Below, one piece after another: positions 41,701 to 49,758 of a stretch of DNA of 64,000 nucleotides; the first letter of the stretch is position 1; every line of letters starts with the position of its first letter. The DNA lies in sequence record MN091626.1; one strand, written 5' to 3'. The notes under the pieces were generated by a model. That model was not told the origin of the DNA. It did no database searches and saw nothing but the letters and a program-made list of their open reading frames with translations. The position numbers were made by a program, and so were the translations under genes.

Positions 41701-41737
41701 GTCTAATATTCTTTTTATTTTTATTATTTTTAGCCAA
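35759..41737 (-). CDS. Giant tail-associated protein with M23 peptidase and OatA-like SGNH domains
   Basis: 'HYGIDIG...YMHL...HLHFQI' (~37450-37830); 'MVGDS...VQLGTNG...IDW...DGLGVHP' (~36567-37050); late promoter AACA-TATATG-TA at 41782-41771. Confidence 0.85.
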   Translation of the reverse strand: MAKNNKNKKNIRQLENNNKSTVIKNASKNTGRILFNAFIKSNPSLDAIVGDSGLKLFNNDERRLKKFSEVKGSTNDLLKTLKNKSNENDLFSSSNEKLSNEKPEYESVTEYIDNPDGTKSEIVSLSDKKKSKITNSPLVAMNNLAEINQRGFVGTNIALNNYSLSMQATNSLVDSALSNLSTIQDGIYQNTIMEENTKRNKQSKLHSILNGNISLLKYLDEKTNPENLLMGMMSGDQLKSMLMGVAKNPIEFAATQGAKIAFNKLLYGDIGGYDPEGDNKNIFNRLNKRFDPQNIGSMLINRNLDEDSKLTKGLERLTGNDNKYISNLGNALSGRLDQFKEELLGDGKGGISLKNKRKKDTPVQFDMESHTSINKVIPDFLSRLQGNLIAKKEGRSGGLADNAELGSIYNYRKGVWENRGSAKKKDLDKIKSDSLFNFKDTYLGKELLSKLDNDEERTKEVLAELTKIDKPIQKTSKLKEIVNQKNINVNTESLSEVFEKNSAKFNTDLFNIKKSISKTLDKKDNSRIMAFTEIEGLNKSNSTYSRSNNNDNINQIKDFGNINWENSDLEEIKNIFLEIERKLDNNFSNDNINNNKEFINNKVNTINSIIDKGKNFPILSGNNGSNEAHASVMDKLNSLSNAVNKAKEYKENPTSAIKDMVSPASSRVNSTQENTQPDQDDEYPYQNINQSSIIDNNPLMDLMKNIPGLNKLSINNNEANKNAYTKEPSKTIDDLTREEKEKKAKSTIIDLVKTAFGNDPTIKKDMKDSQDAGALERMKQGLSTADAGKSGEDVMSKITGSNKKEIAESIRGNINFGKGGEAEKSIGAKKMMNGMLDFSKMGPVLFAGTSAAVLGSLMKGKNGKKDLEPGKKGFLASAGGFLGNAAMLGAGGFLAAKFGPKLLSKLLPSGIGKFFTSMPGMLGKIGGGIKNIAGKFGLGKLFRGIKGAPKKIGNVFKGIGKFAKDKLPSVKSLGKMVIGKGAGLVKKGLSAGKTIGKVAKSGISKIFNKKNASAATKGISKFASKGFNRAKSIGKGLFGGAKKLGGKAFGAIGKAKNKLFGKGAMKAGGKFALKAGLKTALPFIPFVGPVIGAAMWAPDIIKTIKHPIESLKHPIKTLGSFFGIGEHPGDKIEDEAKSKEEKHTEDQTGLGRLILSTSKLMFRASPMFPLAKVGGDMFKTITDNKMKSGPKAEEDIQKDMFMSTPLGSLYQIAKGGIDFSKYGKGEIGDWFSRFLVKMEEMVVAMSKMKNSSGGDSGGDGEPEVSGEAGEVDMNTKKIVPGSINQIPDGTVGAWMKKIPSAAIWQPYGNYSGLSFNGGKHYGIDIGMLPGQKVKCMVEGTVIRSNTDPGGGNIVQVKSPGNIYSTYMHLTKQLVKKGDKVKIGQVIAISGNTGANTAGSGHLHFQINKGKPGGWAMEKNSVDPSPWIKAPLKGSKGGSDEDKGSKAGKSKKGKKGGAAFDPTVKMVDGGYKSQEVKEAKRQRAKEVRNDRALLNKLENNQKKTEEKAEKEKTKIYNSDIYNIKKIKKRVDNFIKDRFPFSNTPEAIRKIAKTVTGGGGGGKSYNKVFMVGDSIGAGAASEIRKSVSKIQINAVPSRTYSSGGPSPNGKNVLESNKKKYNKDKNAIIVQLGTNGGLTTGNVKEIEDMYDKADVYFVNTYVDPEKRKGSDISDIIEATNKAIESSDSKVIDWNSKASSDMIENDGLGVHPNSKGKKALASTIKETIGGGGSSSSASKSDEDDKEGNSESGPGASEYSFKNGTWYGSITGRDDNRMDEDEQEELNDRLMKRYAQIYGIDYEEAKKIDQEQQEKKKSEAGKKKSESGSGSSGSGSEDSGDEESSDSSDSSASPSKPQESRSQITNNKNIGNPPVFQLPTLANSGFSNINRGNNAVNNQGSKNTKTVNNNYQNGQSNVINNENVNKEFIKGKNRVTNHYNKIVNNHKNSKIENGNSGYTYDYEKLWYSDDLVRMLANIDKNTLASTKELDRLLEELK

Positions 41738-41830
41738 ACTTCAAATTCACCCCTAACATGATTTTCTTAATACATATATGTTTCTATCAGATTCATATAG
41801 ATTAAATTAAAAGATAAAAAAAAATAAAAT

Positions 41831-41882
41831 ATTCACCCTAACACAAATAATCCAATTAAGGACTAAATGTGTTAGGGTGAAT
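41831..41882 (-). terminator. Intrinsic terminator after 41888-42556
   Basis: attcaccctaacaca / tgtgttagggtgaat with A-tract on the left (U-tail on minus strand). Confidence 0.8.
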
Positions 41883-41887
41883 TAATA

Positions 41888-42556
41888 TTATTTATTCTTG
41901 ACTACATCTTGTATTTTATTCAATACACTATCTAAATTTTTAGTATAAACTAAATTAGTAAATAATACATCTAATAAAAATACTATCGTTTTATGAGTGA
42001 TATAAAATAAATTATTAACTATTTTATCTTGTTCTTCTTCGCTAATTTCTTCTTTATCTTGATGATATTTTCTGTTAGGTAATGAACGTCTACTTAATCC
42101 CATATATTCAACTAAATATTCATTTAATTTCGTTTTAATATCATCAAGTCTATCATAATCACTAATACTCTTATCGTTAGCTAAAAGAAGAGTTTTGTTA
42201 TAATCGATATTACTTGTTTGAAGAAATTTATTGTCCATATATTTACTTAATAATGTTGAATTGATAGATATTAAGTAAAGAATAATATCTAATAATTCTT
42301 TTGATGCATTATTAATATATTCAAACTTTTGAGAATAATTGTATTCAGGATTATTAGTAATTTGATTTATTTCATAATTAAATTCATGAATTTCTTCAAC
42401 TATTTGAGGTATGAATCTATCTACCATTTGATGTAATTCCTCATTACCAAAATCGTAACGAGAAATTACATTTACATGATTTATATACATAGCACTTATA
42501 TCTAATTCAATAGATTCTCTTTTCTTATAAAAATGTTTCATTGACAATTCCTCCAT
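41888..42556 (-). CDS. MazG/dimeric-dUTPase-like all-alpha NTP pyrophosphohydrolase
   Basis: 'QIVEEIHE...KELLDIILY' fits the EExxE...ExxD metal-binding signature. Confidence 0.5.
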   Translation of the reverse strand: MEELSMKHFYKKRESIELDISAMYINHVNVISRYDFGNEELHQMVDRFIPQIVEEIHEFNYEINQITNNPEYNYSQKFEYINNASKELLDIILYLISINSTLLSKYMDNKFLQTSNIDYNKTLLLANDKSISDYDRLDDIKTKLNEYLVEYMGLSRRSLPNRKYHQDKEEISEEEQDKIVNNLFYITHKTIVFLLDVLFTNLVYTKNLDSVLNKIQDVVKNK

Positions 42557-42570
42557 GTTTTTAATTGGTC

Positions 42571-43482
42571 TTATCTAAAACGTTTTTTGTATTCTTCTTC
42601 ATATTTAGCATTGACATCTGAAACTTTAATATCTTTACCATCATCTGTTTTAAAGTTATCTTTATCAATTTCTTCACCTTTAATTACTTCTTTATCTTCA
42701 TTTTCTACTTTAGCCACCATAGCAATATGAGGTGGTACAAATGATGCTTGTTTAACTGTTTCCATTTTAGCATTATGAATACGACCTTTAATTAATTTAC
42801 GAGAGAAATGTACATTTTTCATAGTTAATGTTTTACCTTTGACTAATGCATTTTCTCTAAGTGCATCAATTTCATTAATAATATCACTTAATTCTTTTTT
42901 AGAATATCTATTATCTTCTAGATTTGCTACTAAGTCATTAATAAGTTCTTCTTTAGTATAAGATTTCTCACTGAATTTTTTAACATTTTTCTTTCTACTA
43001 GTCATTTTCTTTTTACCAACCTTCTGATTTGATTTAGTTTTTGTACTTTGTTTCTTTTCTTTTAATACTGGGTTCTTAACTTCTTCTTTAGTCTCTTCTT
43101 GCTTAGTTTCTACTTTATCTTCTTCTTGTTTAGTTTCTTTTTGCTTAATCTCTTTTGCTTTCTCTGGATTTAAACCTGAAGCTGTTACAGTTACTTTATC
43201 ATAAGAACTTTCTGTTGGAATATCCTTAAGATTAATTTCAACATCTTTAAGTTCATCTGAATTGATGAAAATTTCTTTTTTATCATAATTAATCTTAATA
43301 ACATCATCATCTTCAGGAATTAAAACTAAATTCTTTCTGTCATATTTCTCTGGAATAGTTTCGATATCAAATGTAATTGTATCTCCTTCATATCCTTGTT
43401 CTTCTGATAATTTAATCTTAGCTGACTCTAATACAGTTAAATCCTCTTTTTCTTTTGTAACTTTCTTTCTTGTAATTGCCAT
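42571..43482 (-). CDS. HU/TF1-like DNA-binding domain fused to an N-terminal Ig-like region
   Basis: C-part 'TKEELINDL...SKKELSDIINEI...LVKGKTLTM...GRIHN' parallels HU; ATG 43482 is 10 nt from AAGGAG. Confidence 0.55.
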   Translation of the reverse strand: MAITRKKVTKEKEDLTVLESAKIKLSEEQGYEGDTITFDIETIPEKYDRKNLVLIPEDDDVIKINYDKKEIFINSDELKDVEINLKDIPTESSYDKVTVTASGLNPEKAKEIKQKETKQEEDKVETKQEETKEEVKNPVLKEKKQSTKTKSNQKVGKKKMTSRKKNVKKFSEKSYTKEELINDLVANLEDNRYSKKELSDIINEIDALRENALVKGKTLTMKNVHFSRKLIKGRIHNAKMETVKQASFVPPHIAMVAKVENEDKEVIKGEEIDKDNFKTDDGKDIKVSDVNAKYEEEYKKRFR

Positions 43483-43555
43483 ATCCAAATCTCTCCTTAT
43501 ATAAAATAATTTGAAGCTAATATTCTTACTAACTTCATTAAAATAATATATATTT
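43476..43555 (-). repeat. Copy 1 of an identical promoter + RBS/start cassette (inverted relative to 49664-49758)
   Basis: 21-mer aaatatatattattttaatga (43555-43535) and 23-mer aaggagagatttggatatggcaa (43498-43476). Confidence 0.9.
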
Positions 43556-43834
43556 ATATTATTAATTGAAGTTTATAAATTTTTATTATTAGAGTTTTTC
43601 TATGATCCAGAGTATTAATATATTTTATTAATTAAAAATATATTTATTAATAATATTTATATTAATATTAATTATTAAATTTATAATTACTTACTAATAT
43701 AAGTAATATATTAATACAAAATTTTAAAAATTTATAAATAAAAATTTTATAAAATCTGAATAACCAATTTATATTAATTAAAAAATCAATGACGTTTAAA
43801 AATATAATAAATTTGATTGAGGTGTATTAAGATA

Positions 43835-45043
43835 ATGGGTTTAAATAAAAAACAAGAAGAAGGATTAAGATTAGCTAAAGAATGGTATAATAATGATAGT
43901 CATAGACCTTTTGTATTATCAGGTATTGCTGGAAGTGGGAAGTCATTTACAATGACTAAAATAATTGATTCTTTAGGCTTACATGAAGCTAATGTTTCTT
44001 TTATAGCATATACAGGAATGGCTGCAGGCGTATTAGTTAAAAGAGGTTTGAACGCTACTACAATCCATAGAACTATTTATAATCATTTTATGGATGAAAA
44101 AACTGGTAAAGTGAATTTTAGATTAAAAGATGAATTACCGAGAGATATTAAATTAATAATTATAGACGAAGTTTCAATGGTTCCTATGAAGATGATAGAA
44201 GAAATTCAAAGTTTTGGAATACCTATACTATGTTTAGGAGATCCAGCACAACTTAAAAGTTTATCAGGAAGAAATGAATTATTAGATAAACCTGATATAT
44301 TTTTAGATGAACCAGTAAGACAATCATTAGATAATCCTATACTTGTTGCAGCTAATTTAGTTCGTAATGGTAAAGATTTAGAATATGGTTCATATGGAGA
44401 TAATGTACATGTAATTACTTCAGATGAATTGACTTTAGATATGTATCAGAATGCTGACCAAGTTCTAATGAGTTATAATAGAACAGTGGATCAATTTAAT
44501 AGATTCTATAGAAGTCAAATATTAAATATTGATGTTGAAAATAATCCATTTCCTAAAGAAGATGAAAAAATTATTTGTCTAAAAAATAATTGGTCTAAAG
44601 TAGTTAATGAAGGTAATATAACTCAGTATTTGACTAATGGTCTGATTGGTAATATAACTAGATCTGGTAAAAAGAAACCTATGACTAAATCAACTCAGTT
44701 GGATTTTAAACCTAAAGGTTTTGAAATGGAAAGATTTAGTAGAATATATTACGATGATTTAATCTTTGAAGGAACTATTGGAGATCAACAAGAACTATTT
44801 GATTTAAGATTCAAAGATAATGAAATTAATAAAATATTTAAGAAACGATATGTAACTGAAATGTCTGATTTTGGTATGAAAGTAAATCCATTTAATTTTG
44901 CATACGGAATTACTATTCATAAATCTCAAGGTTCTGAATTTGATAATGTAATAGTATTTAGTGAAAATATGAGTAAAGATAGATTTAAGTCGTTATATAC
45001 AGCTATTACTCGTGCTAAAAAGAATTTGATTGTAGTTCAATAA
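43835..45043 (+). CDS. RecD/Dda-like SF1B helicase
   Basis: 'GIAGSGKS', 'IIIDEVSMV', 'LGDPAQL', 'TIHKSQGSEFDNV', 'LYTAITRAK'; GAGGTG RBS supports ATG 43835. Confidence 0.9.
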   Translation: MGLNKKQEEGLRLAKEWYNNDSHRPFVLSGIAGSGKSFTMTKIIDSLGLHEANVSFIAYTGMAAGVLVKRGLNATTIHRTIYNHFMDEKTGKVNFRLKDELPRDIKLIIIDEVSMVPMKMIEEIQSFGIPILCLGDPAQLKSLSGRNELLDKPDIFLDEPVRQSLDNPILVAANLVRNGKDLEYGSYGDNVHVITSDELTLDMYQNADQVLMSYNRTVDQFNRFYRSQILNIDVENNPFPKEDEKIICLKNNWSKVVNEGNITQYLTNGLIGNITRSGKKKPMTKSTQLDFKPKGFEMERFSRIYYDDLIFEGTIGDQQELFDLRFKDNEINKIFKKRYVTEMSDFGMKVNPFNFAYGITIHKSQGSEFDNVIVFSENMSKDRFKSLYTAITRAKKNLIVVQ

Positions 45044-45054
45044 TATGTATAAGG

Positions 45055-45315
45055 ATGATACAAGTGGATAATAATAATGTAAGTAGTAAAATCAATAAAA
45101 ATCAATTACAAACAGCAATGAATAATATGTCTAAAAATATAAATGGTATAGGTAGAAAGCTATCAGGACAAGATAAAATTGATGAGATTAATAAACTTAA
45201 AAGAGAAAATGAAGAATTACATCGTTTTCTCTTTAAGATCTATCAAGATGATGATTTTGATAGAAGAGAATTGAAGAAAATTATATTTAAAGATGTAAAT
45301 AAAAAATTTAAATAA
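45055..45315 (+). CDS. Small coiled-coil protein, paralog family A
   Basis: Ends ENEELH...DVNKKFK; aligns without gaps to 45318 and 45991 over the last 36 aa. Confidence 0.7.
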   Translation: MIQVDNNNVSSKINKNQLQTAMNNMSKNINGIGRKLSGQDKIDEINKLKRENEELHRFLFKIYQDDDFDRRELKKIIFKDVNKKFK

Positions 45316-45317
45316 GG

Positions 45318-45524
45318 GTGATTAATTTGAATTCAGATATCCGAATAGATAGAAGTGGTCTTTATATACAATCTAATGAGAAGCAGATGAAGGGACAAAT
45401 TAAAATTATAGAAGAAAACAAAAAATTAAAAGATTTTATTATTGGTATTAAAAATAATGGTGGTTATGATGAAAAGGAATTAAATAAAATAGTAAATGAA
45501 ATTGTTAAGGAGAATTTAAAATAA
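45318..45524 (+). CDS. Small coiled-coil protein, paralog family A
   Basis: Ends ENKKLK...EIVKENLK; stop overlaps next ATG. Confidence 0.7.
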   Translation: MINLNSDIRIDRSGLYIQSNEKQMKGQIKIIEENKKLKDFIIGIKNNGGYDEKELNKIVNEIVKENLK

Positions 45525-45979
45525 TGTCAAATGAAAAAGTTATTGCTAAAGAATTAACGTTAGACCAGAAAATTAAAATGTTAGAACCAAAGATAGATGA
45601 AGAGACTTATTTAAGACCATTAAGTCAAGTAGATGAATCTTTTTATAATGAGGTTATTAAAGATGAATTAATTGAGAAAATTAATAATGAAGACCATAAA
45701 TTTGAAAATAATTTTGATTATCATATATTTAAAAACGGACCAATACAATTACTAGGTTTCATTTATAAATTTGAATTTAATGAAAATGCAGTAAACGTTA
45801 AAAAAGAAAAACCTAATGAAGGTAATATCTATTTTGGAAGCTTTATATTAAATAATAAAAATAAAAAAGATGATTCAATATATTTACTTAGAGTTGATAG
45901 CAGCTTAGTTGATTTCAGTATATTAGAAAATAAAAAATATAAAGAATTTGGCAGAAACTTATTTAAATTAATTAAATAG
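45524..45979 (+). CDS. Hypothetical protein
   Basis: AAGGAG RBS, coupled to upstream stop. Confidence 0.65.
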   Translation: MSNEKVIAKELTLDQKIKMLEPKIDEETYLRPLSQVDESFYNEVIKDELIEKINNEDHKFENNFDYHIFKNGPIQLLGFIYKFEFNENAVNVKKEKPNEGNIYFGSFILNNKNKKDDSIYLLRVDSSLVDFSILENKKYKEFGRNLFKLIK

Positions 45980-45990
45980 GAGTGATATAA

Positions 45991-46269
45991 ATGGATAAAG
46001 AAATCGAAGATCTAGCAGGAAAAATAAATAATCTAGAAATTGACCTTAAAGGGATAAATTACAGATTATCTAATGATAAACAAGTTATTGATTTTGAAAT
46101 AAATAAAATTAATGAATATATTAAATTTTTACATGAAGAAAATCAAAGCATCAAAAAAGAAAATATGTTGTTAAAAGAAGCAATAGTGTCTATTTCTAAA
46201 CATACAGAATTTAAGAATGATTATATAAATAAACTGTCTAAAGAAATTGTTAAAGAAAATTTTAAATAA
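45991..46269 (+). CDS. Small coiled-coil protein, paralog family A
   Basis: AGGAG RBS; ends ENMLLK...EIVKENFK. Confidence 0.75.
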   Translation: MDKEIEDLAGKINNLEIDLKGINYRLSNDKQVIDFEINKINEYIKFLHEENQSIKKENMLLKEAIVSISKHTEFKNDYINKLSKEIVKENFK

Positions 46270-46289
46270 TAAAGAGATGTGATTTTATT

Positions 46290-46565
46290 TTGAATAATGA
46301 AAAAAGTTTAATTAAGCGTATGGAAGAGTTAGAAGAACGTACTAGAATGAATGAAATTAAATTAAATACTATGAAAGATAATTATCATTATATAAATGAT
46401 ATCATAGGCACATTAATTAATAGAATAGAAAATTCTAATCAAACTAATGAAAAGAAATTGGATGAAGTAAGATTAGAGTTAGTTCGTCTTTCTAACGAAT
46501 TAAATTCACATTCTGAAGTAACTAAAAAGTATCTAAAGAATTTTATCAGAGATAATCTTAAATAA
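46290..46565 (+). CDS. Small coiled-coil protein with C-terminal tag
   Basis: Heptad pattern; ends FIRDNLK. Confidence 0.65.
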   Translation: MNNEKSLIKRMEELEERTRMNEIKLNTMKDNYHYINDIIGTLINRIENSNQTNEKKLDEVRLELVRLSNELNSHSEVTKKYLKNFIRDNLK

Positions 46566-46569
46566 AGGA

Positions 46570-46851
46570 ATGAAGTGCATGAAGACTATTAAAAGAATAA
46601 TTGGCTCAGAAGAATTTATCAATACGGTAAAGAAAACTATAGCTAGAACTAAGAAAGCAGAAGAGAAATTTTATGATTTAAATAATAGAGTTGATAAAGC
46701 TTTATCTTTAGCTAGTAGAGTTGTTGAAGATAATAAAGAAAAAGAAAGACAAATTAAAGAGCTAAAAGAAGCTTTATCTAAAGAAAAAATTAATAACAGA
46801 AGCATAAAATCCCGATATAATAGATTATTATATAAAAATGGAGGGAAATAA
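46570..46851 (+). CDS. Small coiled-coil protein
   Basis: Heptad pattern, in tandem array. Confidence 0.6.
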   Translation: MKCMKTIKRIIGSEEFINTVKKTIARTKKAEEKFYDLNNRVDKALSLASRVVEDNKEKERQIKELKEALSKEKINNRSIKSRYNRLLYKNGGK

Positions 46852-46856
46852 TAATT

Positions 46857-47084
46857 ATGAACTCAAATATTAATTTTAATGATAATGGATCATCTATGGA
46901 TGAACTATATTCAAGAATGCAACTTAGAGCCGCTAAACAAGTAGAAAAAGATATATTGGGAGATACTGAAAAAGATTCCCTAGAAAAAGAATTAAAAGAA
47001 CTTAGAGAACTTGTTCTTGAAGTAGCTAAAAAGTATGATGTTAAAGAAATAAAAGAATATCTAGTTAGAAAAAATATGAAATAG
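46857..47084 (+). CDS. Small coiled-coil protein, family A-like
   Basis: GGAGGG RBS; 'ELKELRELVLEVAKKYD...LVRKNMK'. Confidence 0.7.
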   Translation: MNSNINFNDNGSSMDELYSRMQLRAAKQVEKDILGDTEKDSLEKELKELRELVLEVAKKYDVKEIKEYLVRKNMK

Positions 47085-47109
47085 TGTTTAAGAAAAGAGT
47101 TGAATAAAA

Positions 47110-47301
47110 TTGGTTGAAAATGATTTAGATATCTTTAAAGCAATTGAAAAAGCAACTAATAATATCTTAGATAAAAATGAAAAACTAAAAAGTGAGAATT
47201 TAGAACTTAAAGAATTGATATTAGATATTTCTAAAGAATATAATATAAAAGATAAAAGAATAACTGAAATAAAAGTTGATCTAGCAAAAAATAAGAGGTA
47301 A
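47110..47301 (+). CDS. Small coiled-coil protein, family A-like
   Basis: 'ENLELKELILDISKEYN'; stop lies in terminator stem. Confidence 0.55.
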   Translation: MVENDLDIFKAIEKATNNILDKNEKLKSENLELKELILDISKEYNIKDKRITEIKVDLAKNKR

Positions 47302-47324
47302 TGACAAATTAATGTCATTACCTC
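47295..47324. terminator. Bidirectional terminator
   Basis: gaggtaatgaca / tgtcattacctc between convergent genes; stem resembles that at 14294. Confidence 0.8.
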
Positions 47325-47337
47325 AATTATACTGCTT

Positions 47338-49566
47338 TTAGTCATCATATTTATCTTTATATTCATAATAACTATCAAATTGAACTTCTAAACCTGAGAA
47401 AGCTGAAATGAATCCCATTCTACCTTCCATATTGATGTTTTCAATATCTTTAAAATCAACATCTGGTTTACGATAATTGAAATTCTTATTTTTATCTATA
47501 AATATTCTAATTCTATTTTCATTTTTAATAATCTTAATATACTTGTTATTAATGTCTAATGGAACATGATTAGTTAAAAATAATTGTTTTTCTGATTCAT
47601 CTTGGAATATTTCTTTAGGTTTTCCAAATACTTTATCAATTTCATAGAAACCAGTTTTCATTATACGGTCAGGATCTTTCATAACATCTTCATCATTCAA
47701 ATCAAAGTAAGGAACATCCCAATTTTCTTGTTGAGAAGCTATCCAAAGCATATAACCTGAATTTAGTTGAGTATTATAATCAAATATAATCCCTGCTCCA
47801 CCAGTTTTATTTTTATTAATTACTTTAAATGTCATAATATAATTTTTAGGGAATTTGAAATTTTGACTATACACATAGTTCAATGCGTCATCATCAAATT
47901 TAGTTGTTCCATCTATGAAACTAATATAACCATAATTACCTAATGATTGTTTAGATAAAGTTTTATTATAAAATCCGGTATAAGTTTGAGTTTCTACAGG
48001 AAATGTACCATATGATCTTAATGCAACTATCATAGGATTAAAGTATATTCCTGATCTACTCTCATCATAGAAATAATCAGAACCATCTGGATTTTTAAGT
48101 GAATAATTATACTCCAACTCAACATTATACCAATCTTCTTTAGTTACGATAAATGTATTATCGAATTCTTCATGACTAATTCCAGCTATTTCAAATTCAT
48201 CTAAACTAACTTGAATTATTTCATTTGGATCAACGTCATCAACAAAATTTGTTAATTTGACTTCTATTTCCATTTTCTTAATATTTTTCATATTGTACAT
48301 CATATGTTTAAGATATGATTTTTGACCTTGAGTATTATAATTTTTATTATTTGAAGGGAATATATTTTCTACTTTTTTAACTTTACCTGTATTTGATGTT
48401 AATGTGATATCATAAACTAACTTAGCTGTAGGATGATTATTATCTTTAAAGTTAGTTGAATATCCCATATTAAACGCAAAGAAATCATAATTTAATAAAC
48501 GTTTAATATTCATTCTAGGATTTTCATTTTCATCATCTAAAGTTATCTTAACAAATGATGCAGAATTTTCATCTTCTTTGTCAGATTTACTTAAAATATC
48601 TCCTTTAACTTCATATAAACCGGTTTCTTGATTAAAACTTACTGAAGATAATCTTGTTGATTCAAGATTAGAATGACTTACATCTTCATCATTAGCTTTT
48701 CTTAAATCAAATATAGCTGTGGGTGCTTTAAATTGATAGTTCTCTGTAGCATTAATTACATTAAAACCTTTTCGGTCTGTTATTTTTAATTTAGATGTAC
48801 CATTTTGTAAAGGTGCAAATAAATATTTCTCTCCTGGTTTAAAGTACATTTTACCTTGAAATTTACGTGAAAACCCTTTTTTATAAAATAGATGTGGTAG
48901 AGTTTTTAAACCATCGTTATTAAGTGTAAATGGTTCTACTAAATCTTTATTATCTGTATCAGGTCTATAGAATTTTTGCTCATGAACTTCATGTCTTTCT
49001 CTTAGATATCTATCAGAAGTGATATTTTCTAATTTATCTTCAAAATCAGTTTCAGGTACGAATGGTATAATTCTAGGATCATTATATCCTGGTGTAACTC
49101 TACCGGATTTTTCTTCAGTACTTTTCATCATATGTTTAAAAATAGGTTTAGGATTATTTTCAGTACCTAATATTTCATTTTCTTCATTAATAATCTTATT
49201 TAAATCATTAATGACAGTCTCTGGGAAAATTTTTACAGTATCTGTATTAAATTGATCCACTGTTTGCATATCATTAACAAAAAGTAAAAGATACCAAAGA
49301 TCAGTAGTTCCATATAATTCATTAGATAGATATTCAGGTCGATAGTGATATGATTTTGATAAGTCATAATCTATTAAATCTCTTTTAAGTACATTTTCAT
49401 ATTTTTTTAGTAATGGTAAACTAAAGACAGCTTGTTTTTCAAATAAATACCATTCTGATATATTATTAAGTAATATTTTATTCGTCTTGGAGTATTCTAT
49501 TTCATCAGACATTTCAGGTACATCATTTCTACCCATATTGTTATTTCCTACGTCACGAATAAGCAA
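47338..49566 (-). CDS. Baseplate wedge protein (T4 gp53/LysM-like N-term) with C-terminal lectin-like beta-sandwich
   Basis: 'YHYRPEYLSNELYGTTDLWYLLLFVN' = gp53 signature; C-term 'YIMTFKV...GAGIIFDY...YMLWI'; late promoter AACA-TGCATT-TA at 49611-49600. Confidence 0.7.
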   Translation of the reverse strand: MLIRDVGNNNMGRNDVPEMSDEIEYSKTNKILLNNISEWYLFEKQAVFSLPLLKKYENVLKRDLIDYDLSKSYHYRPEYLSNELYGTTDLWYLLLFVNDMQTVDQFNTDTVKIFPETVINDLNKIINEENEILGTENNPKPIFKHMMKSTEEKSGRVTPGYNDPRIIPFVPETDFEDKLENITSDRYLRERHEVHEQKFYRPDTDNKDLVEPFTLNNDGLKTLPHLFYKKGFSRKFQGKMYFKPGEKYLFAPLQNGTSKLKITDRKGFNVINATENYQFKAPTAIFDLRKANDEDVSHSNLESTRLSSVSFNQETGLYEVKGDILSKSDKEDENSASFVKITLDDENENPRMNIKRLLNYDFFAFNMGYSTNFKDNNHPTAKLVYDITLTSNTGKVKKVENIFPSNNKNYNTQGQKSYLKHMMYNMKNIKKMEIEVKLTNFVDDVDPNEIIQVSLDEFEIAGISHEEFDNTFIVTKEDWYNVELEYNYSLKNPDGSDYFYDESRSGIYFNPMIVALRSYGTFPVETQTYTGFYNKTLSKQSLGNYGYISFIDGTTKFDDDALNYVYSQNFKFPKNYIMTFKVINKNKTGGAGIIFDYNTQLNSGYMLWIASQQENWDVPYFDLNDEDVMKDPDRIMKTGFYEIDKVFGKPKEIFQDESEKQLFLTNHVPLDINNKYIKIIKNENRIRIFIDKNKNFNYRKPDVDFKDIENINMEGRMGFISAFSGLEVQFDSYYEYKDKYDD

Positions 49567-49663
49567 AATTATTTCACTTCCATTCTTATTTTGTTATAAT
49601 AAATGCATGTTAAAGTTCGAATGAGCATATTAATAAAAAACTAAAAATTTCAACTAATATTTT

Positions 49664-49758
49664 AAATATATATTATTTTAATGAGATTGAGATGGAATTA
49701 ATCTTAATACTCAAAAAATAAAAATTTTTAATTACAAGGAGAGATTTGGATATGGCAA
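49664..49758 (+). repeat. Copy 2 of the identical promoter + RBS/start cassette
   Basis: 21-mer at 49664-49684 and 23-mer at 49736-49758. Confidence 0.9.

Noticed and set aside
47088-47378. 96-aa minus-strand ORF
   Set aside because: Overlaps the RBS-poor but family-matching plus gene 47110 and crosses a terminator; hydrophobicity is the antisense signature of K/E-rich coding.
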